Source of the DNA: Candidatus Zambryskiibacteriota bacterium
Lineage (GTDB): Bacteria; Patescibacteriota; Minisyncoccia; Phycocordibacterales; WO2-35-19
NCBI GenBank assembly: GCA_048499675.1
Contig: JASNZL010000008.1
Coordinates: 27-64,026, forward strand
Direction of reading: 5' to 3'
DNA length: 64,000 bases
This document shows, piece after piece, positions 1 to 10,323 of the stretch (within the stretch, counting starts at the first letter, position 1; each line of letters starts with the position of its first letter). The position numbers and the translations under genes were made by a program. The notes below the pieces were generated by a model. It had not been told where the DNA came from, ran no database searches, and saw only the letters and a program-made list of their open reading frames with translations.

Positions 1-18
1 TATTTGTATGTTTTTGTC

Positions 19-56
19 AAAGCACCTGTGGCGCTGGTGTTTTTACAAGTGGAGAC
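19..56 (-). repeat. Direct-repeat copy of the tmRNA 3' end plus downstream flank (att-like)
   Basis: aaagcacctgtggcgctggtgtttttacaagtggagac matches 1408-1445 (aaagcgcctgtggcgctaatgtttttacaagtggagac) with 3 mismatches. Confidence 0.75.
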
Positions 57-242
57 CCTGTCGGAGAATTGGAACCAGCTAGAGAGCTATTTTCGGGAAC
101 TACGAGTTGATCAGGAACGCTAATTTGGGCGATTTCAGCAATGAATTAGCAACAACACAGATCACGTGATGGATATTAACTAGAGAAAAGAAAAGAGCGC
201 CTGACGGTCGAAACCGTGGGCGCCCACGTAGTCGCTGAATCG

Positions 243-887
243 TTACTTGGTGACAAGCCAAGCTCGCGACCAGATACGATAGATCTGAAAGTAGTTGTTC
301 TCGACCATGAATCCGAAGCACAATTCTTCCTGTGCGAAGTTGCCATCACCGCCGAACAAACCGTTCAGTTTGCTGCCGCCGAAGCCAGTGCCGTACTTCT
401 TACGCTCGTTCTCCATAAAGCCCCACAGTGCGTCGGACATAGAAAGCGTCTGGTTTTTGAACGCAAGGTGTTCGATCTCGGTTATACCATCGAACATGTG
501 TCGAAGGGCGAACTTCGACACAATACGCATCTGTGCTAGATAGCCGTCGCGACCTGGACTCTCCGACTCCTGATAGAACACAGCGTAATCGTACCTTTCG
601 CGCTGATGCCACCGCGGGCGAACACCGGTGATGCTCATGAGAGCATCGAAGTCTGCACGTGGCACACTGTTGCCGAAGTGTAGAAATCCACCAATTTCAT
701 CCTGCGGCGGTGCCGACTTGAACGGATCAATCATTCCTCCCTGATATCCATACACGCCGTTTCCATGCGGCGCGAACTTAGTCAGATCGGCAGGGTTGAC
801 ACCCGTCTTATTGTTTGCAAATAGGGCGGGCGACACACTGAGTGCGCCGTTGACTCCCTCAAAAACTAATTGTACTGGTTTGCTCAC
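243..887 (-). CDS. Hypothetical protein on a small GC-richer islet downstream of tmRNA
   Basis: 214-aa ORF with a GGAGG SD just upstream, higher GC than the backbone, no family recognised. Confidence 0.7.
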   Translation of the reverse strand: MSKPVQLVFEGVNGALSVSPALFANNKTGVNPADLTKFAPHGNGVYGYQGGMIDPFKSAPPQDEIGGFLHFGNSVPRADFDALMSITGVRPRWHQRERYDYAVFYQESESPGRDGYLAQMRIVSKFALRHMFDGITEIEHLAFKNQTLSMSDALWGFMENERKKYGTGFGGSKLNGLFGGDGNFAQEELCFGFMVENNYFQIYRIWSRAWLVTK

Positions 888-966
888 ATCAGCCTCCTAC
901 TTGGTTGATAAACGACAAAGAACTTGTTTAGTACATTACCTTAAAAAAGTATCTTGTCAAATTATA

Positions 967-986
967 GAGACGGGGGGAATTAACCC
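967..986 (-). repeat. Second partial copy of the tmRNA 3' end (T-arm/acceptor)
   Basis: gagacggggggaattaaccc vs gagacggggggaattgaaccc at 1441-1461. Confidence 0.7.
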
Positions 987-1438
987 AGAATCGTGGATAT
1001 TTTATAACACTTTGTGTTATAAAATATACTCACGTTCTTGGTTGAAGGAATTGGTCACGAGTATTTTGTTTGTCGTCACAAACAAAATCTCTCCTTCTTA
1101 CAGAAGCTGTCCACTCATTGGAATTTTTATTTCACATAGTTCATAAAAATTCTCAATGAGTCTTGCGCTTGGGTCCCACCCCAAGCTCACCCCGCCTCGC
1201 GGTGCTCCCGTCTCCACTTAAAAAACAAAAGCGTTTTGGGTGCTGATGTTTTGATAGGGAATTGGTCACGAGTATTTTGTTTGTCGTCACAAACAAAATC
1301 TCTCGACCCCAGCTCGCCTGTTTTTGTTGCTACAAAAACATGGCTCCGCTTTTCAATTCCCACGCACACCAAACTGTTGGTGTGCTCCCGTCTCCACTTA
1401 AAAAACAAAAGCGCCTGTGGCGCTAATGTTTTTACAAG

Positions 1439-1841
1439 TGGAGACGGGGGGAATTGAACCCCCGTGCATAAAAGGTTTGGAAATATATCTACATAGTATA
1501 GTTTGTTTTTCCGCATACGCGGATTCGATTCAAATTCTTTAAAACAAACAAAACAAATATGAATCTAACTCTTTATTTTCAAACAAAGGGCAGAGTATTC
1601 CTTTGCTTATAGTCCGAATTTATAACAATTTCTTTCTATAACAGACTTCAAGAGGAAACCGTCCACTTAGGCGAGCTTAAGCTCTAGCGTAAGCGAAGTC
1701 AAAGTCGCTCACCGCAAAATACGGAGAAACAACTTTTGCAAGAGTGTTTTTTGCACTTATGCTTTCTAACCTTTTTAAGAGTTATTAGAGCTCTACTATG
1801 CATATTTTCAAAGGACTTAAATGTCGATGCCTATCATCCCC
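1439..1841 (-). ncRNA. ssrA: tmRNA
   Basis: 5' GGGGATGATAGGCATCGAC and 3' T-arm GGGGGTTCAATTCCCCC followed by CGTCTCCA give an Ala-like acceptor with G3-U70; tag frame 1754-1677 after ATAAGT; next to smpB. Confidence 0.95.
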
Positions 1842-2137
1842 GCCAAATTTGCCTGCGAGCAGAGCGAGTAGTTGCAAATTTGAGCGCTCCGACCGTAAGC
1901 GTCGGAGCCACCAGCCAAACTTAGCGCGGATTTTAGTTTTTTATTTCTTTATTTTAACCCACTAATTACTAATATTCACCTGCCCGCAATCGCTACGCTT
2001 AAGGCGTTGCAGGCGGGCTAATCTTACTAATCCAAAACTACAAAATTCAAATTTCATCTCATTTTTCTTTCTCCGTATCGTTGCCCGCTTTTATTATTAG
2101 TTATGATTAGCGTACATTAGCGGATTGGTGGGTAACT

Positions 2138-2581
2138 TTATAAACTTTTTAACTCCTTCCTTATCTCCCTCTCCGAATCTCTCTTTTTAATCGTCTCTCT
2201 TTTATCATATTTTTTCTTCCCTCTAACTACAGATATATCGAGTTTAAGCTTTCTACCCTTATTATACACCGAAAGTGGTATTATTGTCAACCCTTTTTGC
2301 TTCTCAAATTCAGCCAATTCTTTTATTTCCTTCTTATTTAGCAACAATTTTCTGTTTCTTTTGGAGTCGTATTCTTTTGGGGTGTTTGCTATCTGATATG
2401 GGGGTATGTCCATATTTATTACAAATGCTTCATTGCCCCTTATAGTAATATGAGCCCCCAAAAGGGAACCTTGTCCTTTTTTTAGCGACTTTACCTCAAA
2501 ACCCAATAACTCAATACCTGCCTCTATTTTTTCTAGAATTTCGTAGTCAAAATATGCTTTTTTATTCTGGATTAATGGCAT
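2138..2581 (-). CDS. smpB: SsrA-binding protein SmpB
   Basis: NKKAYFDY..EAGIELLGFEVKS, RKLLL, GKKKYDKRE motifs; adjacent to tmRNA. Confidence 0.97.
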   Translation of the reverse strand: MPLIQNKKAYFDYEILEKIEAGIELLGFEVKSLKKGQGSLLGAHITIRGNEAFVINMDIPPYQIANTPKEYDSKRNRKLLLNKKEIKELAEFEKQKGLTIIPLSVYNKGRKLKLDISVVRGKKKYDKRETIKKRDSEREIRKELKSL

Positions 2582-2631
2582 TTTACTCCAAATAAATCAT
2601 AGTAATGATAACATTTTTGTGTTAAAATTGA

Positions 2632-2686
2632 TAAACTTTATGAACTTTATGAACTTTATGAACTTTATAAACTTTATGAACTTTTT
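2632..2686 (+). repeat. 9-nt tandem repeat (aactttatg) in the smpB-ftsH divergent promoter region
   Basis: About 6 units of aactttat(g/a). Confidence 0.85.
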
Positions 2687-2700
2687 AACTTAACTTATTT

Positions 2701-4614
2701 ATGTCCAAAAATAAAAAAGAAGAAAAGAAGAAAATAACTTTAAAAAAAAGTCCGAATGGTGGATTTAAAAACTCTTTTTTTGGTAACTTTTTGATAAGTG
2801 TTCTTATATTATTTTTCGTAATATCTATTTACTCTTTACTATCAGAAAATAAAACAAAAGAAAAGGTAAGCATCTCAGAAGTGGCTCAATCTGTAAGAGC
2901 GGGTGAAATCAAAGAGATAGCTGTAAGAACAAATAATATTGAAGTGACTTATCTGGACGACACAATCAAAACATCTGTCAAAGAAACCAGTTCGAGCATT
3001 GCAGAAACTCTATCTTTTTATGGAGTAACAGAGGAAGTATTGAATAAAGTAAAAATTGAAGTATCGGAAGGTGGGGGATTTTGGTACTGGGTTCTAAACC
3101 TTTCACCGTTTCTTTTCCCAATCCTCTTTATTGGAGTCTTTTTTTGGTTGATGACACGACAAGTCAAAGGTGCTGGTATGCAAGCATTTTCATTTGGGCA
3201 ATCTAGAGCTCGTATGACAGATCCTCTCGATCAAAAACAGAGAGTAACATTTAAAGATGTAGCGGGTTGCAAAGAAGCAAAAGAAGAGTTGTCAGAAATA
3301 GTAGACTTCCTAAAAAATCCTAAGAAATTTTTTGAAATCGGTGCAAGAATTCCAAAAGGCATTCTTCTTATGGGAGCACCGGGAACAGGAAAAACTCTAC
3401 TTGCAAGAGCTGTCGCGGGCGAGGCTGGTGTAGCATTTTTCTCAATATCAGGCTCTGAGTTTGTTGAAATGTTCGTTGGGGTTGGTGCAAGCAGAGTGCG
3501 CGACCTTTTCCAAATCGCAAAAAAAGCAGCACCTGCAATTATATTTATGGATGAAATAGATGCCGTGGGAAGAATAAGAGGTGGAGGTACTGGAGGAGGA
3601 AACGACGAAAGAGAACAGACTCTAAATCAGATTTTGGTTGAGATGGATGGTTTTGAACCAACAGAAAAAGTTATCGTGATGGCAGCCACAAATAGGCCCG
3701 ACGTTTTAGACCCAGCACTTCTACGACCTGGGCGATTTGATAGGAGAGTAACGATTGATCTTCCTGATCGAAATGACAGAGAAGAGATACTAAAAATCCA
3801 CTCTCGAAGCAAACCTTTTGCAGAGGATGTTGATTTAAAACTTATTGCTGAAAGAACACCGGGATTTTCCGGAGCTGATTTATACTCCTTAATGAACGAG
3901 GGTGCCATACTTGCTGCGAGAGAAAACAGAAATAAAATTTCTCAATTTGACTTAATCCGCTCAATAGAAAAAGTGATGCTGGGGCCCGAAAGAAGAAGTC
4001 ATATACTTTCCAAAAAAGAAAAGGAGATAACGGCTTACCACGAAGCAGGGCACGCGCTGGTTGCCTCTCTATTACCTAATGCAGACCCTGTACACAAAAT
4101 TTCTATAATATCTCGAGGTAGAGCTGCTGGCTATACTTTGAAGCTCCCAATAGAAGACCGAAAACTACAATCAAGAAATGAATTTCTTGATGATATAGCA
4201 ATGTCTTTGGGTGGTTATGTAACGGAAAAGATAGTTTTTGGCGATCTTACCACTGGACCATCAAACGACCTTCAAGTCTCGACAGCAATGGCCCGAGATA
4301 TGGTCACAAAATATGGAATGTCAGAAAATTTGGGACCAATTGCTCTTGAAGGTAGTGGTGGTAAAGCGCTTTTTGGCAGAGGAATAAACGACAAAGAATA
4401 TTCAGAAGAGGTTGGAGCCCTTATAGATAAAGAAGTTTCAAAAATAATGAATGATGCCCACAACAAAGCAGTAAAAATTATTACCGAGCACAAGAACCTA
4501 CTTGATATAATCGCCAAACGACTTATTGAAGTCGAGAACATAGAGCGCGATGAATTTGAACAAATACTAATATCAAACGGAGTGCAACCAAAAAAAGCTG
4601 AACAAGTATCTTAG
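2701..4614 (+). CDS. ftsH: ATP-dependent zinc metalloprotease FtsH
   Basis: Two N-terminal TM helices, Walker [44 protein letters not shown]. Confidence 0.98.
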   Translation: MSKNKKEEKKKITLKKSPNGGFKNSFFGNFLISVLILFFVISIYSLLSENKTKEKVSISEVAQSVRAGEIKEIAVRTNNIEVTYLDDTIKTSVKETSSSIAETLSFYGVTEEVLNKVKIEVSEGGGFWYWVLNLSPFLFPILFIGVFFWLMTRQVKGAGMQAFSFGQSRARMTDPLDQKQRVTFKDVAGCKEAKEELSEIVDFLKNPKKFFEIGARIPKGILLMGAPGTGKTLLARAVAGEAGVAFFSISGSEFVEMFVGVGASRVRDLFQIAKKAAPAIIFMDEIDAVGRIRGGGTGGGNDEREQTLNQILVEMDGFEPTEKVIVMAATNRPDVLDPALLRPGRFDRRVTIDLPDRNDREEILKIHSRSKPFAEDVDLKLIAERTPGFSGADLYSLMNEGAILAARENRNKISQFDLIRSIEKVMLGPERRSHILSKKEKEITAYHEAGHALVASLLPNADPVHKISIISRGRAAGYTLKLPIEDRKLQSRNEFLDDIAMSLGGYVTEKIVFGDLTTGPSNDLQVSTAMARDMVTKYGMSENLGPIALEGSGGKALFGRGINDKEYSEEVGALIDKEVSKIMNDAHNKAVKIITEHKNLLDIIAKRLIEVENIERDEFEQILISNGVQPKKAEQVS

Positions 4615-4669
4615 TCTAATATATATTGTGTCTCTATGTAATTTGGGGTAATATTGTGATTACCCAAGA

Positions 4670-4745
4670 GCACGCGTAGCTCAGTTGGTAGAGCGCCGAG
4701 CTTATACCTCGGTGGCCGTAGGTTCGAGTCCTACCGCGTGCACCA
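4670..4745 (+). tRNA. tRNA-Ile (anticodon UAU)
   Basis: 76-nt cloverleaf: acceptor GCACGCG/CGCGTGC, anticodon arm CCGAG-CTTATAC-CTCGG, T-loop TTCGAGT, ACCA end. Confidence 0.9.
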
Positions 4746-4791
4746 CTTTGCCGAGTTCACGATGCAACAAGCACCACAATTTTTATAAATA

Positions 4792-4867
4792 GCCGCTGTA
4801 GTTAAATGGATTATAACAGTCCCGTCCTAAGGGATAGTTGAAGGTTCGATTCCTTCCGGTGGCACCA
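4792..4867 (+). tRNA. tRNA-Arg (anticodon CCU)
   Basis: Acceptor GCCGCTG/CGGTGGC, anticodon loop GTCCTAA, T-arm GAAGG-TTCGATT-CCTTC, ACCA end. Confidence 0.9.
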
Positions 4868-5033
4868 ATTTAAAATTATATTTATAACACCGGCGCGCAT
4901 CCTTTTATGAAATAAAGGGGAGCAAGGAATCGAAGCCCGATTGAGATTTTTTAGGAACATGGTGAACTAAAAAATCCAATTGGGATACTGATTCTGCTTG
5001 CCCACTCGAAGCTTTAGCGAAGTTGGGTAAGAA

Positions 5034-5054
5034 TCGATTCCTTCCGGTGGCACC
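5034..5054 (+). repeat. 21-bp duplication of the tRNA-Arg 3' end
   Basis: tcgattccttccggtggcacc is identical to 4846-4866. Confidence 0.9.
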
Positions 5055-5216
5055 CCGTAAAATTCGCTACGTCCCGTAAAAAGCAAAGCTTCACAGGATA
5101 AGCTCATCACGGGGCGAGCCACCTATACAAATCAAAAGCCCCGCACCGTATGGCGCAAGGCTTTTGATTAAGTGGGTCTTTTGACTAAAAGCTAGAAGCT
5201 CTTAGCTAAAAGCTAA

Positions 5217-5489
5217 TTATTTAACAGCGTCTTTCAAAGCTTTTGCTGCTCTGAATTTTGGAACATTCATAGCAGGAACATTTACCGACTCTCCAGTTCT
5301 TGGATTTCTAGCTGTTCTTGCAGCTCTTTTCTTTGTTGAGAAAATTCCAAGTCCTGCAATTGATACTTCTCCGCCTGATTTTAGAGTCTTAACGATAGAT
5401 TCTATCATTATTTCTACTACTTCTTCTGCTTGAACTTTTGTTCCTCCCAATTTTTCATGTACTGCATTTGCTAAATCTGCTTTATTCAT
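5217..5489 (-). CDS. hup: HU family DNA-binding protein
   Basis: MNKADL.. start, GLGIF, RAARTARNPRTGE, PKFRAAKALKDAV; start moved to the ATG at 5489. Confidence 0.95.
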   Translation of the reverse strand: MNKADLANAVHEKLGGTKVQAEEVVEIMIESIVKTLKSGGEVSIAGLGIFSTKKRAARTARNPRTGESVNVPAMNVPKFRAAKALKDAVK

Positions 5490-5639
5490 TTTATTTTTTT
5501 TGTTAAAAAAATTTATAATTTCTCGACCCTCCACATTTTTAAACTGATGGTCTCGAGAGCCACCCGTTTTACCTCCGTAATAAGTATATATTTAATAATA
5601 TTTTTCGGCAATATCTTGACTATCTGACTGTGGATATGT

Positions 5640-5688
5640 AATGTAAAACAAAAAATTGCAATCTATTTGCAATTTTTTGTTTTACATT
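5640..5688. terminator. Intrinsic terminator-like hairpin after rplT
   Basis: aatgtaaaacaaaaaattgca / tgcaattttttgttttacatt inverted repeat. Confidence 0.6.
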
Positions 5689-5706
5689 ATCTAATTGTAG
5701 GTTTAA

Positions 5707-6051
5707 TTATACAGTTTTGGACAGAATTCTTTTGAAAGATTCCTGATTGTCATTTGCTATTTCTGAAAGCATTTTTCTGTTAAGAATAATGTTCTTTTTC
5801 TTTAGTTCACCCATAAACTTGCTGTAGGATAGATTATTTTCCTCTAGCAACGCATTTATTCTTACATTCCAAAGTTTTCTCATGTCTCCCTTTTTGTCTC
5901 TTCTGTGTGCAAAAGCATAGTTACCGGCATGTGAGATTGCCTCATATGCCTGCTTTTCTTTCTTTGATCTTCCAAAACGATATCCTTTGACTTGTTTTAG
6001 GACGTTTTTTCTTGTTTTTAGAGCATTTACTCCTTTCTTTACTCTTGGCAT
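5707..6051 (-). CDS. rplT: 50S ribosomal protein L20
   Basis: MPRVKKG..KGY.., RKLWNVRINA, SYSKFM, LNRKMLSEIA. Confidence 0.97.
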   Translation of the reverse strand: MPRVKKGVNALKTRKNVLKQVKGYRFGRSKKEKQAYEAISHAGNYAFAHRRDKKGDMRKLWNVRINALLEENNLSYSKFMGELKKKNIILNRKMLSEIANDNQESFKRILSKTV

Positions 6052-6091
6052 ATTAAAAATTAAAAATTAAAAAATCAAAATTAAAAATTGA

Positions 6092-6277
6092 TTATAGATT
6101 GTTTAGAAAACGTCCTCGATCTTTATTTTTCATAGTTATAGATCCAGCGCGACGCTTCTTCAATGTTGTATTTGTTCTATTTTTTGCATTAAAGTGGTTT
6201 TGACCAATTTTTCTAGTCACCAATTTACCGTTTTTAGTTACTTTAATACGCTTTGCGAATGATTTGTTCGTTTTCAT
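6092..6277 (-). CDS. rpmI: 50S ribosomal protein L35
   Basis: MKTNKSFAKRIKVTKNGK; lies between infC and rplT. Confidence 0.93.
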   Translation of the reverse strand: MKTNKSFAKRIKVTKNGKLVTRKIGQNHFNAKNRTNTTLKKRRAGSITMKNKDRGRFLNNL

Positions 6278-6373
6278 TTTAATGGTTATTACCTATGATT
6301 CTAGTTCTAAGAGAATAAAGGAAACAAAGGCTATTCTACACGAATTTGTTTTTATGTCAAATATAAATTGAGA

Positions 6374-6883
6374 TTATTTAGCTTTTTCTATAACAGCTGT
6401 CATTCCCTTTGGGCTCTTTTTTGGCTCTTCTGCAACCTTATATTCTATGGTTACCAACTTCAAAATTCTATCCATTCTTTCTTTTAAGAAGGTTTCGTTC
6501 ATATATTTGGTTCTTCCGGGGAGAAAGAGGTCTATCTTTACTCTATGACCCTCCTTGAGCCATTCTGAAGCTTTTTTGGCTTTAAGATTGAGGTCGTGCT
6601 CTCCTGTGCCCAATTTTACCTGAACTGACTTTACTTCAGTTGTATGAGCTTTTGCTTTAATAGCTTTTTGTTTTTTGCTTTCGGTATAAAGAAACTTTCC
6701 ATAATCTACTATTTTTGCAATAGGGGGATTAGTGTTTGGAGATATAAGTACCAAATCAAGACCAGCTCCTTCTGCTTTTGTCATCGCCTCGTTAAAACTC
6801 ATAACTCCAAAATTTTCTCCTTCTGGACCTATAATCCTCAAGGTCTCCTCTCTAATATTATTGTTTACTCTGTATTTATACAA
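6374..6883 (-). CDS. infC: Translation initiation factor IF-3 (non-ATG start: TTG at 6883 or ATT at 6904)
   Basis: VNNNIR, LDLVLISP..PPIAKIVDYGKF, HDLNLK, GHRVK; extended -10 TGCTATAAT at 6911-6919 argues against the longer ORF start. Confidence 0.92.
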   Translation of the reverse strand: MYKYRVNNNIREETLRIIGPEGENFGVMSFNEAMTKAEGAGLDLVLISPNTNPPIAKIVDYGKFLYTESKKQKAIKAKAHTTEVKSVQVKLGTGEHDLNLKAKKASEWLKEGHRVKIDLFLPGRTKYMNETFLKERMDRILKLVTIEYKVAEEPKKSPKGMTAVIEKAK

Positions 6884-7041
6884 AAATTGTAAATTATTTC
6901 TAATAATATGATTATAGCATATTTTAGACAAAAAGTAAGGAGAGATGAAACAAGCGCAAAACACGAAGCGCTAAGCACTAAGCACTAAATTAGAAAGGAT
7001 TTTTAGCTCTAAACCAAGCGTGGTCGGGCGAAATCCTTTTG

Positions 7042-8061
7042 TTAGAAAGGATTTTTAGCCCCTCTAATCTCAAAGTGGAGGTGGGCCCCTGTAACTTTTC
7101 CTGTTTTACCAACAGTACCTATTACTTCACCTTGTTTAACGGTATCACCAGCAGAGACATAGTTTGCATTATTGTGCGAATACAAAGTCTGAGTACCATT
7201 TGAGTGTTTTATAACAATATAATTACCATAACCACCGTTCCAACCACCAGTTCTACTGATTATAACTTCACCATCAGCTGATGCCATTATAGGAGTGCCT
7301 ACCGGAGCAGCAATATCAACCGCATTATATCCATGTATTCCTTGAGATTTTCTGCCCCCAACAATCGGTCTCAAATAATATCCTACATACTCTTTCAAAC
7401 CACTTCCAGAAGAAACCGCCTTGGAACCAGAAGATACAGAAGAAGTAACTATAGGCACAACTTCACCATCAGGAATAATGACAACAGACCCTATTTCTAG
7501 TTTTTGATCACTACTTAGGTTATTGTAAGCAATTATTTCTTCTTTATCGCCTTTGTATTTCTTTGCTAAAGAATCAATCGTGTCTCCTTTTTCTACAGTA
7601 TGTCTAACTCCAGAAATTGGGAGAATGACCAACGTTTCTCCAACCTTTAGAGTATTTGATTTTAAATCATTACCCCATTTAATGGTGTTTACTGTCACAT
7701 TAAACATCTCTGCGATTTGTGACAAAGTATCTCCTTCGTGTACAACATAAACGCTAATCTGGTCACTTGTTGGTTTTGCATTTTGGGAACTTTTTGTTCC
7801 AGAAGGACCAACTTCTGCCACCAAAGCATCTCCTTCAACATTTATAGGCTCCGGCAGACCTTCAGAAAGGGGAGTTGCAACCGCAACCAAGAGTGCCATA
7901 TTTTGAATATTCTTCGCAGGGAGAACATTTTCAGCACTAACGTTTCGAGAAAACATATTGGCAATTGCACCTACCAGACCAGCAGAAACAGATATTGGCA
8001 ATACCAAAGCCAGCATAACTAGGACTGCTTTTTTAAGCGATATTCTATTTTTAGAAACCAC
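7042..8061 (-). CDS. LysM-domain M23 family peptidase
   Basis: Two LysM repeats (YVVHEGDTLSQIA, HTVEKGDTIDSLA); M23 motifs HGYNAVD, YSH, HLHFE. Confidence 0.92.
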   Translation of the reverse strand: MVSKNRISLKKAVLVMLALVLPISVSAGLVGAIANMFSRNVSAENVLPAKNIQNMALLVAVATPLSEGLPEPINVEGDALVAEVGPSGTKSSQNAKPTSDQISVYVVHEGDTLSQIAEMFNVTVNTIKWGNDLKSNTLKVGETLVILPISGVRHTVEKGDTIDSLAKKYKGDKEEIIAYNNLSSDQKLEIGSVVIIPDGEVVPIVTSSVSSGSKAVSSGSGLKEYVGYYLRPIVGGRKSQGIHGYNAVDIAAPVGTPIMASADGEVIISRTGGWNGGYGNYIVIKHSNGTQTLYSHNNANYVSAGDTVKQGEVIGTVGKTGKVTGAHLHFEIRGAKNPF

Positions 8062-8355
8062 GAACCCAACAATTTTCCTTATAAAATAAGAGGTTTTGGG
8101 CAGTGGATCATTCGAGTTTGGTAAAATAGCTTTATGGTTAATTGTAATTCTGGAATTCTGTAATTAATGGCTCAACAAAGCCATTTTTTAGGATATCGGT
8201 AATAATTTCTAACAGGCTTAAGTATACCTGAAACACCCCTTTTTTCAACTTAGCGTGTGAATAAAATAATTTTGTATTTATAAAAAGTTATTGTGTTATT
8301 TTTATATTATTTTAGTAAATTAATGTTTTGAAGAATATTTTGTTAGAATGTTTTA

Positions 8356-10323
8356 ATGACAAAATTATTTGATGAATTAAATGAGGCGCAGAGAAAAGCG
8401 GTAGAGACTACCGAGGGACCACTTCTCGTACTTGCCGGAGCAGGAGCCGGCAAAACCAAAACAGTAACGTTTAGAATTTTAAATTTGATTATCTCGGGGG
8501 TAGCTCCAGAAAACATTTTAGCTGTAACTTTTACAAACAAAGCAGCAAAAGAGATGCGAGAGAGGGTGGAGAAGCTTTTGTCTGAGAATATCGAGACCAA
8601 TAGACCTATTTCTACCTCGGGCACACCATTTGTATCAACTTTCCATGGACTTGGAGCCTTCATAATAAAAGAAAATGCAAAAGAGGCAGGAGTAAAGAAG
8701 CATTTTAGTATCTATGATAGGGGAGATTCAAAAAGAGCAATAAAAGAGTCCTTGGAGAAAACTGGCTACAGCGCCAAAGAATTTGAACCAAATAAGATTC
8801 TCTCTGTTATATCGAGAGAAAAAGGAAACTTTGTGAGTGTATCAGATTATTTAGAGAGCGATAGAGGTGGCTACTTCGGCGATATTGTAGCCAAAGTTTG
8901 GCAAGAATATGAACAAATTTTAAAAAAAGAAAACGCTCTTGATTTTGACGACCTTCTTCTCGTCTCAACAAAACTTCTACAAAATGAGGAGATAAGGAAA
9001 AAATACGAGAACAAATGGAAGTATATACACATAGATGAATACCAAGATACAAACAAAGTGCAATACAAAATGATTGAAGCCATTGTAAGAAATCACAAAA
9101 ATATTTGTGCCGTGGGGGATATAGACCAAAATATATATACATGGAGGCATGCAAGTATAAAAAACATAATGAATTTTGAAAAAGATTTTCCAAACGCAAA
9201 TACAGTTGTGCTAGAAGAAAACTACAGATCAACTCAAACCATACTTGCAGTAGCCAACAAAATAATAGAAAAGAATAAATTTAGAAAAGATAAAGTACTG
9301 GTAACCAGAAACGGAGTAGGGGAAAAGGTTGGTATATTTGAAGCGATGACCGAGAATCACGAAGCCGATTTTATTGTAGAAAAAATAAAAGAACTCCAAA
9401 AAAATGGTGTCGCTCTATCTGAAATAGCCGTGCTATATAGGGCAAACTTCCAATCAAGAGTTCTGGAGGAATCATTTCTATCAAAAAATATGCCATACCA
9501 CGTACTCGGTACAAGATTTTTTGAGAGAAAAGAAATAAAAGATATTATGGCCTTTTTGCGTTATTCATTAAACCCAGAAAGTATTTCTGATTTAAAAAGA
9601 ATAATTAATGTCCCACCGAGAGGAATAGGCAAAACTACTTTACTAAAAATAGTTGAGGGTAAAGAAGAAGGTTTGCCAGCAAATATGAGAGCCAAAATTC
9701 ACAATTTTAGAGAACTTTTAAACAGAATAAAAAACTTTGTCTTACATAATAAACCCTCAAGGAGCATTATTTACATCGCAGAAGAAAGCGGTCTTTTAAA
9801 AGAGCTTGACAAGTCAGAAGAAGAAACTGAAAGAATAGAAAACATAAAAGAACTTTCAGTGCTGGCGGGTAGATACGATAATATGTTTTTAGATAATGAA
9901 TCCGGTTTAAATATTCACGAGGAAGCCATAGAAAAATTGATTGAAGATGTATCTCTTGCATCCGATCAAGATGGAGACAAAGAAAACGTAGACGCAGTAA
10001 GGCTTATGACGGTACACGCCTCAAAAGGTCTTGAGTTTTCTTATGTTTTTGTGACCGGTCTAGAAGAAGGATTATTCCCGCACGAAAAAGACGAGAATCT
10101 GAGTGAAGAAGAATCAGAAGAAGAGCGAAGGCTTTTTTATGTCGCCATAACCCGAGCAAAGAAAAAACTTTTTCTCACATATTCACAAACAAGAACAATT
10201 TTCGGAAATAGGGGAGTAAACATTCCTTCAGAATTTGTTCTAGAAATTCCAGAAGAATATAGCGAGCACGAATTTTTGGACTACACCCCCAAACGCAAAC
10301 CCCTTTTGCACATTGAGTTTTAA
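8356..10323 (+). CDS. pcrA: UvrD/PcrA family ATP-dependent DNA helicase
   Basis: AGAGAGKT, TFTNKAA, DEYQDTN, VGDIDQNIY, LEENYRS, MTVHASKGLEF, EERRLFYVAITRA. Confidence 0.95.
   Translation: MTKLFDELNEAQRKAVETTEGPLLVLAGAGAGKTKTVTFRILNLIISGVAPENILAVTFTNKAAKEMRERVEKLLSENIETNRPISTSGTPFVSTFHGLGAFIIKENAKEAGVKKHFSIYDRGDSKRAIKESLEKTGYSAKEFEPNKILSVISREKGNFVSVSDYLESDRGGYFGDIVAKVWQEYEQILKKENALDFDDLLLVSTKLLQNEEIRKKYENKWKYIHIDEYQDTNKVQYKMIEAIVRNHKNICAVGDIDQNIYTWRHASIKNIMNFEKDFPNANTVVLEENYRSTQTILAVANKIIEKNKFRKDKVLVTRNGVGEKVGIFEAMTENHEADFIVEKIKELQKNGVALSEIAVLYRANFQSRVLEESFLSKNMPYHVLGTRFFERKEIKDIMAFLRYSLNPESISDLKRIINVPPRGIGKTTLLKIVEGKEEGLPANMRAKIHNFRELLNRIKNFVLHNKPSRSIIYIAEESGLLKELDKSEEETERIENIKELSVLAGRYDNMFLDNESGLNIHEEAIEKLIEDVSLASDQDGDKENVDAVRLMTVHASKGLEFSYVFVTGLEEGLFPHEKDENLSEEESEEERRLFYVAITRAKKKLFLTYSQTRTIFGNRGVNIPSEFVLEIPEEYSEHEFLDYTPKRKPLLHIEF

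Noticed and set aside
1187-1924. ORFs 1187-1516, 1236-1457 and 1736-1924
   Set aside because: They overlap tmRNA and its repeat trailer; their peptide repeats mirror DNA repeats.
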